A DNA stretch of 64,000 bases, from NCBI RefSeq assembly GCF_009834535.1, contig NC_045712.1, positions 24,738,001 to 24,802,000 of the forward strand, written 5' to 3'. The notes under the pieces are model-generated. The model ran no database searches and was not told the DNA's origin. It saw only the letters and a program-made list of their open reading frames with translations. Position 1 is the stretch's first letter. Every line of letters begins with the position of its first letter. Below are positions 24,766 to 37,145 of the stretch, one piece after another. Made by a program: the position numbers and the translations under genes. The stretch comes from Camelus ferus (lineage: Eukaryota).

Positions 24766-27681
24766 GTAAGCGCTGTTCTTCGCCCCCGCCCAGCCTCCGA
24801 GCTGGCACAAGGCAGGGTACTGGCCTCGTGCTAGGTGCCGAGTATTAAGAAAGCCTGACGGGTCAGAAAGCGCCGGAAAGACCTCGGGAGTGACAATAGG
24901 GAGGGGTGACAACATCGTCACCACCTCTACTCGCACCGTGGGTAGGGAAACTGAGGGTCGACTGGCGACGGGAGAAACACAGGGTGGGCTAAGCTGGGGT
25001 TCAGGCCGAAGCAGGTAGACGCCTCAGGCAGCGCGGACTTCAAGACCTGGCTCACCTGCCCAGACCCCCTTCTGGGCCCAGAAAGCTCTACCCTGGCCTG
25101 CTGGCCTGGTGGCATACTGATGACCTTGGGTCAGCCCCTGCCCCTCTCTGTCCTGTCATCCACTCTCCTGCTAGCAATTAGGCTCTTCTGGAGAAGCCAG
25201 CCTGAGATCCTTGACTCTCCTCAGGGTGGCACCTGCTAAACAAGCAGCTCTTGGGAGAGCCTAGGTTTAGCCCCGTCCTGTCTGGGGCACCCCCACAATA
25301 GCTTCACCCCTCCTCTCAGCCCAGTCTGGGATCCCAGTGTGAGAAGGAACTTGGCTCCTGCCCTGCTTTCTCCAAGTTTCCCAAAGACTTGCGGGGGTGG
25401 GCACTGATAAGACAGTCTTGGCCTCAGCTAAGCATTCTTAGCACGTTCTTTCTGCCCAGAGCCTCAGGGTCCCCTTCAACCAAGGGGTCTGATGCTCTCC
25501 AGACTGATCTGACAGGAGCTCAGAAAGCTCCAGGGAGAGAGAAAGATGTGAGTGGGTGCTCCACAGACAGGGAGAGCTCGGTGGCCCAGTGGCTGCTGTT
25601 ATCAAAACTGGCATGGTACCAAATGAGGAAGGGTGGAAGGTGGAGTGAGGCTCAAGTACCCCTTGTTCTGAGCAGTCCTGTTTCCAGGGAGGAGTCCTGG
25701 AGGTGCTAGGAAGACTAGGTGCTAGGAAGAAATAATTCAGTATTTCTCCTTAATTGTCTCCAGTATCTCCCTTCCTCCTCTCTGAATTTTGGGATTCTAG
25801 AACACCTTCCCACACCACCACTGCCTTTGTTTTCAGGAACCCCCCAATTCTGGGGTCCCACACTCTCTTTCACTTTGCTCCAGCTGAAGATGCCCTTGGA
25901 ACCTCAGATGCTGGGTGTCAGGGAGTGAGATTTTTAAGACCTACACATACACACACAGCCACAGACCAGCTGGTGCCCTCCTGAGGAAGGGAGCAGGGAT
26001 TCTCCACTATAGGTCTGGGTTGTTGGCTTTGCTGAGGGATCCCCCCTCAGGGCTGTTTGCCCTAATTGGCTTGGTCCCCAGGCAGAACTCACAGGCTGAG
26101 CTCCATAGTAGGCACACACACGTACAAGCCACCCACACCTGGAACACACCAGCCACCGCCCCCACCATGACGATGACACAGCTGTGGACACACCCCTCCC
26201 AGATATACACTCACTCACCAGGAGCTTGTGGTGACCAATACAGCCATTCACACACCCAGACACCATGTTGGCCCTAGAGGTACCCACATTCACATGTGCC
26301 CTGCTAAACTCCGGGGGCTCCATCTGGCCTGACCAGCTAGCAGCCTACCCTACTTCGGGAAGTCTCCTGGGCCTGAGATGAGCCCTGGATCCCAGCAGGC
26401 AGGCCACCAGTCAGTTCCTCGGAACTCAGCCTCCAGCTCCCCAAAAGGGATTCCAGGGCTCTGTAGTGCAGTGGGAGTCGGGGTGGAGAAGTATTAGCAG
26501 GCTGTGGTGTGCCAGGGTCTTGGGGCCCCTTCTCCTCAAAGTGATCATGGGGCCCTGATTTGTTAAAATTTTCTAAGAGTCACCTATAACCTACACTGCC
26601 AGATCTGGTTCCTGTGTCTGGCTCCTGCTGTCGGCTCCTGCCCACCTCTTCCTGCCTCGTAAGCAATACCTGGCAGTGTTTACCCATGCTGTCATTTCTG
26701 CCTGCTGTCCCTTCCCCGCTACTCCTTCCTTTGGCCTAGCAAACTCAGCTCAGGAGCAGGCAGACCCTGACTTCCCCATGACATTCTTTGCTTTTATGAC
26801 TTTGGATTGTTAGTTCTCCTTTAGGGCAGGGCCCAGGGTTTCATTACCTTGGTGTCCTGAGATCCAGCAAGGGACCAGACCCAGAACTTAGGCCTGAGGA
26901 TTTTGTGATGAGGAGGAGAGGACAAGCAGTCTTCCTTGGGAACCAGGACCATGCCCCTCACTCCCAGGAAGCCCCAGGATCACCATGCTGGGTGGGTTTC
27001 CCCTAAAGGGAAGCTACTGCTCCAGTTGCAGCCAGTTCAACAACCCAACTCTAGCCATCTGAGAATATAATGCGGCCAAACCCCTCAGTGTCTGGGCTGC
27101 TAGGAACCCTCATGGAGAGGGGTGGGGCACGGGTAGAGAAGCTGAGGTCTAGGGAAGAGCAAGGTTTGTATAAGATCTAGTGCCTGGTAGGGCAGGCTTG
27201 TCAGGGTGGGATCCGGAAGGTGGAATGAGTACCCTGCCCTTCAGTGGGAGCTTGTGTTTATGGGAGGTGGGACTTGCCAGCACCTTTAGAGGCCACTGTC
27301 TACCCCAGACCCTCAGCTGGAGGAACAGAGAAAAGGATGGGAGTCTGATCTGTTTGGGGAGACTATTCTGGCCTCTAAGCCCTGGATAGTGTGGACCTAG
27401 GTCCCTCCAACAGATACTCTTATCATTGGAGAGGTCACATGTGACCTCAGACATCCTACCATAATCTTGGGGCCTCTTGGAGGACCCCGCACAGGCTCAT
27501 CCCTTGGCTCAACCAGGACTAGTGCCATTTAATCAGCCCACCACTGCCAGGAGAGCACCATTGTAAGGCCTCTTTGCATTGAATCCTATCAGTGTGGTGG
27601 AGACACCAACTGGCCACTGTGAGCTAAAAAGGCATATAGGGAATGATCTGTGTATTTGGTTGGTCCAAAATACAGAGATTA

Positions 27682-27861
27682 CAGTTGGCCCTCCATAGTG
27701 GCAGATGTGAAACCCATGGATACGGAGGGCCCCATGTGTTCAGTGTACCATGCCATTCATATAAGAGACTTTAGCATCAGCAGATTTTGGTATCCACAGC
27801 AGCTCCTGGCATCAGTCCCCACAAACTGGAATCAGTCCCCATGAATACTGAGGGATGATTG
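27682..27861. mobile_element. Tigger4/MER46-like non-autonomous Tc1-mariner element in CISH intron 1
   Basis: TA|CAGTTGGCCCTCC ... GAGGGATGATTG|TA: degenerate terminal inverted repeats with a TA target duplication. The internal segment ccattcatataagagactttagcatcagcagattttggtatcc resembles Tigger4 as I recall it. Confidence 0.8.
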
Positions 27862-28128
27862 TAATTACTGTTTAATAAATGTGGGAGGGTGGAGAAGTCT
27901 CTTTCAAAAGAGGGCTCATATGTGGGGAAAGTAATCAAGGTGCCTTTACTGATGACAAGTGGGAAGTGGGGTACTGGTCTCATTGAGCCCATGGGTGGGC
28001 AGAGGAGAAACTGGGGTTCATAGTGAGACAGACTGGCTGGAGGTCATGTGCCAGTTTGGGGCATAGGGGATCCCTGGAAATAGGGAGAACACAGGGCCTC
28101 CACTCACTGCCCATCTACCTTCTTCTAG

Positions 28129-28349
28129 ACCTTGTCCTTTGCTGGCTGTGGAGCAGATCGGGCAGCGGCCTCTGTGGGCCCAGTCCCTGGAGCTGCCCGA
28201 ACCAGCTATGCAGCCTTTGCCTGCTGGCACCTTCCTGGAGGAGGCAGCCGACGAGACCCCAGCCAAGTCAGAGAGTGAGCCCAAGGTTCTGGACCCTGAG
28301 GAGGATCTGCTGTGCATAGCCAAGACCTTTTCCTACCTTCGAGAATCTG
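28129..28349 (+). CDS. CISH: CISH coding exon 2 (221 bp)
   Basis: Acceptor cttcttctag|. Encodes [25 protein letters not shown]...[20 protein letters not shown]. Donor G|gtgagt. Confidence 0.97.
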
Positions 28350-28584
28350 GTGAGTCTGAGGAGGAAGACAGGCCTTGTCCTGGAAAGTCTGATGGGAGAA
28401 GTTTAGTTCTGCCTTTTGAGTCTAATTTGAGAGACATGGCCCTGCCCAGAAGAGTCTGATGGGGGAGGTACAGCCCTCCCTAGGGACATATGAAGGGAGA
28501 AGCTGAGCCTTGCCCTGCCCTGGGTTGGTGCCCCCAGCTAATTTCCACTGTGACCATTTTCTTGCCCCCTCTACACTTGCCTAG

Positions 28585-29108
28585 GCTGGTATTGGGGTTC
28601 CATTACGGCCAGCGAGGCCCGGCAACACCTGCAGAGGATGCCAGAGGGCACATTCCTAGTACGCGACAGCACCCACCCCAGCTACCTGTTCACACTGTCT
28701 GTCAAAACCACCCGCGGCCCCACCAACGTGCGCATCGAGTATGCAGACTCCAGCTTCCGCCTGGACTCCAACTGCCTGTCCAGGCCGCGCATCCTGGCCT
28801 TCCCAGATGTGGTCAGCCTTGTCCAGCACTATGTGGCCTCCTGTGCTGCAGATACCCGAAGCGACAGTCCTGACCCTGCACCTACCCCGGCTCTGTCTAC
28901 ACCTAAGGAAGATGTGCCTGGTGACCCAGCACTGCCTGCTACTGCTGTGCACCTAAAACTGGTGCAGCCCTTTGTGCGCAGAAGCAGTGCTCGAAGCCTG
29001 CAGCACCTGTGCCGCCTCGTCATCAACCGTCTGGTGGCTGACGTGGACTGCCTCCCACTGCCCCGGCGCATGGCTGACTACCTCCGACAGTACCCCTTCC
29101 AGCTCTGA
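28585..29108 (+). CDS. CISH: CISH coding exon 3: SH2 domain, PEST insert, SOCS box
   Basis: Acceptor cttgcctag|. Encodes [28 protein letters not shown]...[40 protein letters not shown]. Total CDS is 20+221+524 = 765 nt = 254 aa. Confidence 0.98.
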
Positions 29109-29580
29109 CCTGTCCAGGCATCACCTAGCCTCACCCAGCCAGATCCTAGAGGGGATGCCGGCCCTAGCTGGACTTGGGCTCCCACTATCCCTCCTCCAGT
29201 TATCCTGGTGCCTGCATGCATCTGGCAGTTGGACCAGGAAGAGTCAGCAGGAGCAAAGCTTGGGGCCAGGGGTAGGGGGAAGTGTCACATGACTTGGAGG
29301 TCAGCAGCCATTGTGGTGGGCCATCTGTCAGAAGACAGGGAGACAGGCAGGACCTTGTTTCACCCTGTGGGCTGGGCCCAGGCCCCCACTTCCCTACTGT
29401 GGCCTCCTGAACTGCATAGACTTGGCTGGCCCTGGTTTCTCAGTCCACAGAGTGGAGCAGGCCCCCTCCTTCCAGCCAGCCTTTGTCTCAGGGAGGATGG
29501 CAGCCAGAGGAACTGAGGTCAACAGTGACAGTCCCCTGATGGGAGAGCAGGCCAGGCTGAAGGACTGCACAGTTATACAG

Positions 29581-29596
29581 TATTTATTTATTTATT
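29581..29596 (+). promoter_or_regulatory. AU-rich element in the CISH 3' UTR
   Basis: TATTTATTTATTTATT contains three overlapping ATTTA pentamers, typical of unstable SOCS-family mRNAs. Confidence 0.8.
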
Positions 29597-30147
29597 CTCC
29601 TTGGGTTGATCTCAGCGTGAGCCAACCATACCTCTCTGCCCTGAGCCCTGAGTGCTCCAGAGACTCCAGCCCTGCCCCAGCTTCTCCAGCTCCTCCTGGT
29701 GGAGAGCCCCATTCTGAGATGTGTTGCTGGACCCAAGGCAGTCCTGGATGTCCTGGTGCTGCCCCACCCCCTGTGAAAGTGTCCACTCTCTTCTGCCCCC
29801 AACCTTGTTTTGGGAGATTGGGCAAATGGACAAGAAAATGGAGCCAAGGCATTAGAGCCCAACAGAGCTGGCCGCTCACCCCCTCGCAGGGCAGAGCCCT
29901 ACCTGCACAGAGCTGGTCTCGCTGAGGCATAGGCCCTGCATGAGTGTGGGTGCTGGGCTGGTGGGGAGGACATGCTACTTTGAGAGCTGCTGCTCCAGCT
30001 CTTCTGGGTCTGTTTCCTGCCCAGGAAGGTGCCTGCACGTGAGAGAGGGAAAGAAATACATATCTGATAAGACTTTATAAAGTGATTATTACTTTGAAAA
30101 ACAGTTTGGTAGTCTTTTTTTTTTTCCACTGATTTTTCTGTAACGAC

Positions 30148-30153
30148 AATAAA
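30148..30153 (+). terminator. CISH polyadenylation signal
   Basis: AATAAA about 1.04 kb after the stop, preceded by a T-rich tract and followed directly by a MIR. Confidence 0.8.
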
Positions 30154-30169
30154 ATTGTATCTTTCACTT

Positions 30170-30305
30170 ACAGAGCCCTCAGTGGGGCCTCTTTTGAGTT
30201 CTGCACAGTTTGTCTCCTTCAATCTTATTATTGTTATCCCCCACTTTATATCTGGGTCAGCAGAGGCCCAGAGACCTATGTGGCTGAGCAGCCCTGCTAG
30301 TGGAC
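30170..30305 (-). mobile_element. MIR SINE abutting the CISH polyA site
   Basis: gagttctgcacagtttgtctccttcaatctt...attgttatccccactttatatctgggtcagcagaggcccagaga. Confidence 0.6.
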
Positions 30306-31519
30306 CACTGAAGAGTGGAGGGGGCAGGGAATGGCCTTTCTCCACTCCTTTCCTCTTGTTCCCTCTGGAGGGTGGGAGGCAGGAGGTAAAGGCCAGTTGG
30401 ATTGCCTGCAGGGTCCAGTGCCAGGTTTGGGGTGGTGGCAGAGGAGCATCAGACCTGATAGAGGTACAGACAGGAGATGTCAATTAAAGACAAAGTGGAG
30501 AATTCTGGGGGGAATGGGTGCTATGGACAGCTCCAGGGGCCAGCGTCTTTTGAGATGAGGAGGCCAACAGTCAGAGAAGTCAGGGCCAGTCACTTTACAG
30601 GGAGTGCAAAGGCACCAGGGCATGACTGGGAAGCTCATATTCCCAACCACAAGGAGGCCTGGGGAAGAGTCATTCTGTGCAGCGCTGCAGACAGTTGAGT
30701 TGGGGATGGTGGCCAGTAAGCTGGCAGGATCTGACCTGAGGTGTGGTGATGGGGTTTGGGCCCAGCTGGCTGGGGTTTGAGGACTCTCTTCTCGCACTCA
30801 GGGTCCTGGAAACCAGAAGTAGGTGGAAGAGCAACTAAAATGTAAACACTCTCCATTGTCTGATGGTCTGATCTTGGAGCACTTCAGCACCTGGAATCCC
30901 ACCATGTCCTGAAATTTTCTGCCCCTTTACTTGAGTACCTCACAGGAAAGCTCCTCTGAACCTCATTCATAGCCTTTTAACACTTAGTTTAGAAATAGTT
31001 CTAACCTTTCTATTTTCTTAGCCTCTAGGCAATTAGAAGTTACAGCTGAGAAGAGGCAAATGCTGGCAGGTTGGAAGCAGGAAGGTGTGAGGAGTGACAT
31101 GTTGTTAAGGAGGAGGCAGGAAAGGATAAAAAGCAAGAACTATGGAGGCATAGGACCTTGAAGGCATGGAGATATTTGTGGCCAAGAAAGGACCTGCTAC
31201 TGGGTAAGAGTGAGTGAGAGGTGGGTGAGGGCTCTCTGTACTGGGAGTGGGGCCCAGGCCCACATGTCCCGCCTGGCACCTTGTCTGTTGCTGGCCGCAG
31301 GGCCCGACAGCAGCCCTCCTCCAGGTCACCATGGCCCTGCCAGCGATGTCTTTGGTTCCTCATTGTTTCAGCCTGGATCTCAGCCCCTTGGTGACTCCCA
31401 GAATGCCTGAGGTGACCCCTCTGTCTGCTCCACCCCCAGATCAAGTACCCAGTAGTGGGGTAGTGGACACAGAGCGGCCAAAGGCAGGCTATTTCCCACC
31501 TGGTGCCATGGCCCAGAGA

Positions 31520-31715
31520 GAAAGCTGCTGGAGCAGGAGGAAGCCCTTTGTTGTCCACAGAAGGGAGAAGTCTCAGGGTGCCCGCCAGGTGCTGGCAATG
31601 GACAAAGGCTTTGCACTTTATGTCATGTTCACCACAACCCTGGGAGTGTCTAAACATTACCCATACTCCACAGTTGAGGAAACTGAGGCCCAGAGGGGGC
31701 AGGGGACTGTCTGAG
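31520..31715 (-). mobile_element. MIR SINE
   Basis: gctttgcactttatgtcatgttcaccacaaccctggg...cccatactccacagttgaggaaactgaggcccagag. Confidence 0.7.
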
Positions 31716-32259
31716 GAGGTGAGGCACAGAACAGAGCTAACCCTTCAGGGTCCCGACTACCCACCTGTCCCTGCACTACAGGAGGCAGCGAAGACAGGTG
31801 GCTGGGGGGCAGCTTTCAGGCGAGCTGTTCTTGAATGCTGGTTTTATCCCTGTGTCCCTGCCTGCTAAGACCTGCTAAGGTCTCTGGAACCAGTGTCCTA
31901 GACAACAGGGTCCTATCCCCCTCATCCTCACCTCAGCCCAAGCCAGGGTCTAGCTCTTGCCTAAGGAGGAGCTGGCAGCTACTTCTGACCTCCAAGATTT
32001 TTATGTTTCAGTCTTCTTTTCACGTTTACCTATCAGGGGAGTGAGTGATGCCTGCCTAGAACAGGATTAGTGGAGGGCATGCCATTGGGCCCTAGACCCA
32101 AGTCAGAGACCCAGACTAACAGATGCTGAAAATCCTCTGGTCACTGCAGTCACCCCTGGGTGGTTCTGGGCTGGTGAAAGGAGCACACACTGGCTGGGGA
32201 GAAAGATACCACATACAAACAATAACTGGTGGTAACCCATTACCAATTAAATCCTTTCC

Positions 32260-32860
32260 CAGTACATGTGCTCTTTGGGCACCAAGTAGGCCAGACTTCA
32301 CCCAGGCCCTGGGGTCACAGCAGGGAACAAGATGGACACATTCCTCAACCTTGTGGGGCTCATGGGCTGGTAATAATAAACAAGATAATAAACAAGTAGA
32401 CAAATGGGCACTCAGGACAGGTTTTGAGAGTGAAATGAAAGCAAAGCAGGGGGCAGGGAAGAGAGTGGCTTTGGGTGGTGGGGACATTGCCACAAATGAG
32501 AGGGTTGGGGAAAGCTCTGGAACAGGGTGGCACTGATCCTGGACATCCAAACAAAGAGCAGGAGCTGGTTATGCAGACAACTTAGAGAAAGGATATCCAG
32601 GTGGAAGGAGCTGCCAGGGCAACTGCCCTGAAGCAGGAACAAACCTGGTAAGATCAGGAGTAAGAAGTCTGGGATGGCTGCCCAGGAGAGCTGAAGAGAC
32701 AGGATGGGTAGAGAGGGCAGAGGGAGCACATGGACTGTGTTCTGGTGTGATGGAGTATTTCTTCAGAGTTTAGAAAGGAAATGCTATGATCTGATACTCA
32801 TTTCTAAGGGGTGAACCTGTTAGCTGAATGGGGATGGCCTAATGAGGGCCTGGGGGCTGG
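32260..32860 (-). mobile_element. L2 LINE relic
   Basis: gggcaccaagtaggccag...ccctggggtcacagcagggaacaagatggacac is an antisense L2 3' end, and it continues into purine-rich L2 body. Confidence 0.65.
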
Positions 32861-34859
32861 AGCCCAGAAAGGAGGTTGAGAGGTATGGGATATGGCAGAA
32901 TAGGGTGTGGTGGAGAGTGGAGGAGGCGAGGGCTGCAACTAGGTGATCTGGGTGGGGTTCGTGCCCCATTAAGTTCTCACTGCAGCCTTCCACACCAGAA
33001 GAGGTTGTCCCCATTTACAGCAGAAGAGGTAAGTAAGACTGAGAGAGAGAAATTGTGGCTTTTTCAGGATCACACAGCTTGTGAGGGACAGAGCCGGGGT
33101 TCAAACCCTGACTCAAGACGCTGTTTGTGTAACTGCTGCTCTGCTCTGCCTCCCAGGGGCTGGCATGCTAAAGCCTTGGCCCTCACAATGCCCTGGGGGC
33201 ATGCAGAAGGGGTGGGATGATTCAGGAGGGCTTTCCGGAGGAGGGGGCAGGAGTTAGGGCTAGGGGCTGGGCCCTGGAGGATTCTGCCAGACCAAGGGTA
33301 GGTGGGTTTAGAGATTGATCCTGTGTGGTGTCCCACCTTGAACTCACGATGTCCCTCTAGAAAGACTCTGGGACAGAGGCACTAGGCCATCCAGGTTTCT
33401 CTTGTCAATCAATGAAAGGTTTTGCTGGGATGCTTCACTCATGATCACGGAGTGTCCTAACACCCCCTGAATCATCAGGGTCCCTGTACCTGTGTCCAGC
33501 TTCTAATCTGCCAACTGAGCAAATCCTGCTGGATCAGAGCCAAAGAAAGGTCTGAATAGGGCAGGGGTTATGGCTGGGCTGGCTCCACTCTTAGATGGGA
33601 ACTCTCCCACCCTGCACACCTGGCCCACAGTGAAGTAGAAGGGCAAAGAGCCTGAAATAAGTCCTGACCAAGAAGACAGGAGGATTCTGAGGACATCACA
33701 AAGGCCCTCTTCCTCCAGAAGAAGTGGAGCCCGTGCAAGCCTGGGCAGCCCTTTCATGCCAACCTGTTAGACCAGTTTTAATATAAAGCAGGTTGGAGCT
33801 TTGCCAGGAATTCAGCATCCTCTCCTGGTGAATGTGTCCTCTCCACCTTTGACTGCAGGGTGTGGGGCCCCCTCCCCAGCTTAGGCAGGCCACACAGCCA
33901 GCTGCCCAAGGGGTCATTCCAATGGACAATCTGGGGCAGCAGGCTGGGGCTCCCACTTCTGAGACTCAAGGTAGAGGAGGTTCCTGGAGGTCTAGTCCTG
34001 GTGAGCACATCCCCCACATCCTGCTTTTACCCCCACCTTCCCTCAAGTGATGCACACAAGTGCATCATGTTCTGTGTACTTGGTTTTGGGGGGTTTCCCG
34101 CAAACTCACTGAACCTCAGAAGATTCCTCAGCTATGAAACAGTGACAGCACAGCTCTCAGAGGGGACAGGGGGGCCCCAGGAGGATTTATTTGAGGTGAT
34201 ACAGAGAAAAGTCTGAGAGAGTTCAACCTGGCAGCACGGCAGCTGTCACTGTAGCTATTCCTTGTCCATTGTTTTAATCCCCTTTGAGAGGTGGGCCAGG
34301 CAGGTGGGCCCCTGAGGGCCTCATGGGGCCTGCAGAGCAGCTGGCTGGAACTCTCCATAGCTATAAGCAGCCCCTCACCCCACCAGCTCTGATGCTGCCC
34401 TCTCTTCCAGCCCAGCCCTTCACCCTAAGGCATCATTTGCCAACCAAGGCCTTGGGTTCTAGTCCTCGTGAATAGACCTTTTGTCTGGTCTCTGCATGGG
34501 CTGGGGTGGAGGCTAAGCCAGTCGAACTGTCTAGCAACTTCTCTTGTAGCTCCAGTAGAGACTAGGCCATCTGCTACCCTTGCCCACACCTGGGAGATGG
34601 GATTCCCTCAGGCCTGTTACTCTCCCAGCCCTCAGTGGTCTGTTATAAGTGAGGGAGGTAAGCTGGGTAGGTGCCTCTGGGTCTGTCCTATTTCAAAGCT
34701 GCAAGCCTGAGACCCAGAGAGGCAGAGTCACCCAGACACCCAGAAAGGAAGCAGGCATATGGGGTTGGAACCCAGGGCTTTGAATCCCAGGCCAGGACTT
34801 GTCCCCCTCCACCCTAGAACTCTTGAACTTGAGTTGGCTGCCTTCTGGCAACTTGAATG

Positions 34860-35470
34860 CCTGGTTCAAGGTCCCCCAGACTCCCTTTGTCCAGACCTGG
34901 ACTCTTCACTGCCCTCTAGACATGCCTCCACTCTCCTCCCACCTTGGAGATAACCCTCACATTCAACTCCCTAGCCTGTTGATTTCCAAGTCCCTCTCCT
35001 TTGCCCCTCATCCCTCTCAAGCTATCCTTTTGCTGCTCCTGCTGGCTGCTTTGCCCAGATCTAGGCTTACCATTGGTCACTCACCTGACTGGACCATCCT
35101 AATGGCCTCCTCATCGGCCCCTTCAGCCCTACCACCGTCTTCAGAGTGAGGGGCTTGCAAACCCAATCTTGTCCAGCCTTCCCCACTTAGTGATTTTCAT
35201 AGGCTCCCCTCATACCTCGCCCATGTCTTACCCTAGGCTCCAAGATATGGCTTCTCAAACTGCCAAGCCATTCCATTCTGGTTTCCTCCAAACAGCCCTC
35301 CAACTATATCATTCATCCTGGAATATCCTTCTTCCTCACTTCTGCCAGGACAAACTCTTACTCACCCTTCAAAACCAAACTCAAATGCTCTTTTTCTGAG
35401 AAGTCTTCCTTAACTTCTCCAGTACTTATTCATGCCTGTGTTAGGCACCCAATGCATCCTAGGGAATCTC
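34860..35470 (+). mobile_element. L2 LINE relic
   Basis: cctggaatatccttcttcc...ccttcaaaaccaaactcaaatgc...ctgagaagtcttccttaac. Confidence 0.65.
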
Positions 35471-35579
35471 CCTGGAACTTGAGTTTTCTCAGGTCTCCCC
35501 AGCCTGGGGAGGAGAAAACATACTTTCTATAATAGGTTCAAAACAGCCATTCTTTGGCTAAATTTCTCTATTTCCCTTT

Positions 35580-35592
35580 TTCTCCCTTTCTC

Positions 35593-35660
<68 letters not shown>
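35580..35660. repeat. Compound microsatellite (CTGT)n(CT)n(CA)n
   Basis: Read directly from the sequence. Confidence 0.95.
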
Positions 35661-35662
<2 letters not shown>

Positions 35663-36377
35663 CTTCCCATGAAAGTTCCCTGGGGATGTCTTTGAAGAGG
35701 CAAATTAGCCAAGTGGAAAGAACTCTGGCAGAGTTCAAATTTCAGCCCCTTCAAAATCACCCTGGGATCACAGGCGGATAATTTAACCTCCTGGAGCCTC
35801 AGTTTCCCCATCTGTCAAACAGAAATAGTGGTAGTGCCCATGCCACAGAGTGGCTGGAGAGTAGCCATGCCTGGCTTTGGGAAAATACGGAGTGAGTAGA
35901 AGCTGATGCTCATCTCTAAGCAGGAGATGCAGCAGACCCAAAGAAGGAGGTTTTTGTGTGGCCAAAGCTTTATGCTCAATGGAAAGACAGTTGCTTCCAT
36001 GACCCAGGCCTGGCTGAAGCAGGCAAGGCCCAGAGCACAAGAAGTGGACTCTGAGGGCTGAGGGAACTTGAGACTGCCACAACTCCTCCAGGCAGTCCTC
36101 TAGGATTGCTCATTTGCACAGCCCCCACTAGGGAGACCTACACTCCAATGGTGTGGCTGGAGAGGGAGTGATTCACCCCACACCCAGCACCAAGGAGCCA
36201 GACTGTGCCATTCTCGTCACCAGAGCTGGGCTCCTCCTCCATCAGGAGTGAGGATTTCACTCATAGTCTGGATTGAGCCAAACCTTTGTTCTAAAAGTGC
36301 CCCTGACCCCTCAGCCCTCTCCAAAGAAGCCCCTCTCTGCTCCCTACTGCCACCAGTCCTACTTTTGAGCAACAACA

Positions 36378-36415
36378 GTGTGTGTGTGTGTGTGTGTGTG
36401 TACACACACGCGTGT
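36378..36415. repeat. (GT)n microsatellite running into (AC)n/CG; 38-bp purine-pyrimidine alternation
   Basis: Read directly from the sequence. Confidence 0.95.
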
Positions 36416-37145
36416 TGACCTTTCCACTTGGCCAACATTCCTTTGTTTTTCTCAGTTCCTTCGGGTAGAGTAGGAGGAGCTGTTAGGAGAGCAGGTTCTC
36501 AGGAAATCTTTTCTCCAAAGCCCATGAGACAAAGAGCGCAAGGAGACACTGGAAAACGAAGGCTTATCCAGAAGACGGGTTCCCAGGGCAGTTAGAGGAT
36601 TGTGGGTAAGAGACAAAGAGGAGTGTCCTAATAGAGAGCTCTTAACCTCAGTGTGAGTGCCTAAGGGGGCTGGCTCCTCGGCATCCTGCCCAGGTCAGTG
36701 TTGTCACCCTGGCATCTAGTGGGCAGGCTGAGCTGAGGCAGGCAAAGCTGGGTGACCCTGGGCAGATTGCTTTATCTCTCTGGGCCATATATGTCTCAAA
36801 GTAGACCAAAGTCCTGAGTTTGCTGTCAGTATGATCAGCTCACGCTCTCTCTATGCCAGAGGTGCCCAGGCTGGGTTTCTATAGCCCTTTTTCTCTACTC
36901 AGAGCCAGCAGATGCCTGATCCGGGGCTGTGAGCTTTGGGGCAGTAGCACCCCCTCTCAGCACTGTGATAATCCCCCCCACCTCCCCATCTCCTCTGGGT
37001 CTCAGTGACTGAATTAGGGAGTGCTAGGCTCCACGAGGATCCCTGGGCCTGGTAGAAGGCAGAGAAGGCGTGGCATGGGCACCCCCGCCCCCACCCTGGA
37101 TGAGATGTTTTCGCTAGAATCGAAGCAGCTGCGGCTAGAGGCCTC

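Larger units (their letters stand above)
24280..25040. promoter_or_regulatory. CpG island / CISH promoter and exon 1
   Basis: Dense CpG. ATTGG (CCAAT) boxes near 24312 and 24354, CRE-like TCACGTCA at 24283-24290, and GC-box run at 24562-24590. Confidence 0.9.

Noticed and set aside
24766-28128. Possible alternative CISH first coding exon in intron 1
   Set aside because: I could not find an ATG-initiated segment ending in a phase-2 donor that I can support, and I do not reliably recall the human isoform sequence.
28490-29071. Alternative-frame and antisense ORFs over CISH exon 3
   Set aside because: Shadows of a GC-rich coding exon.
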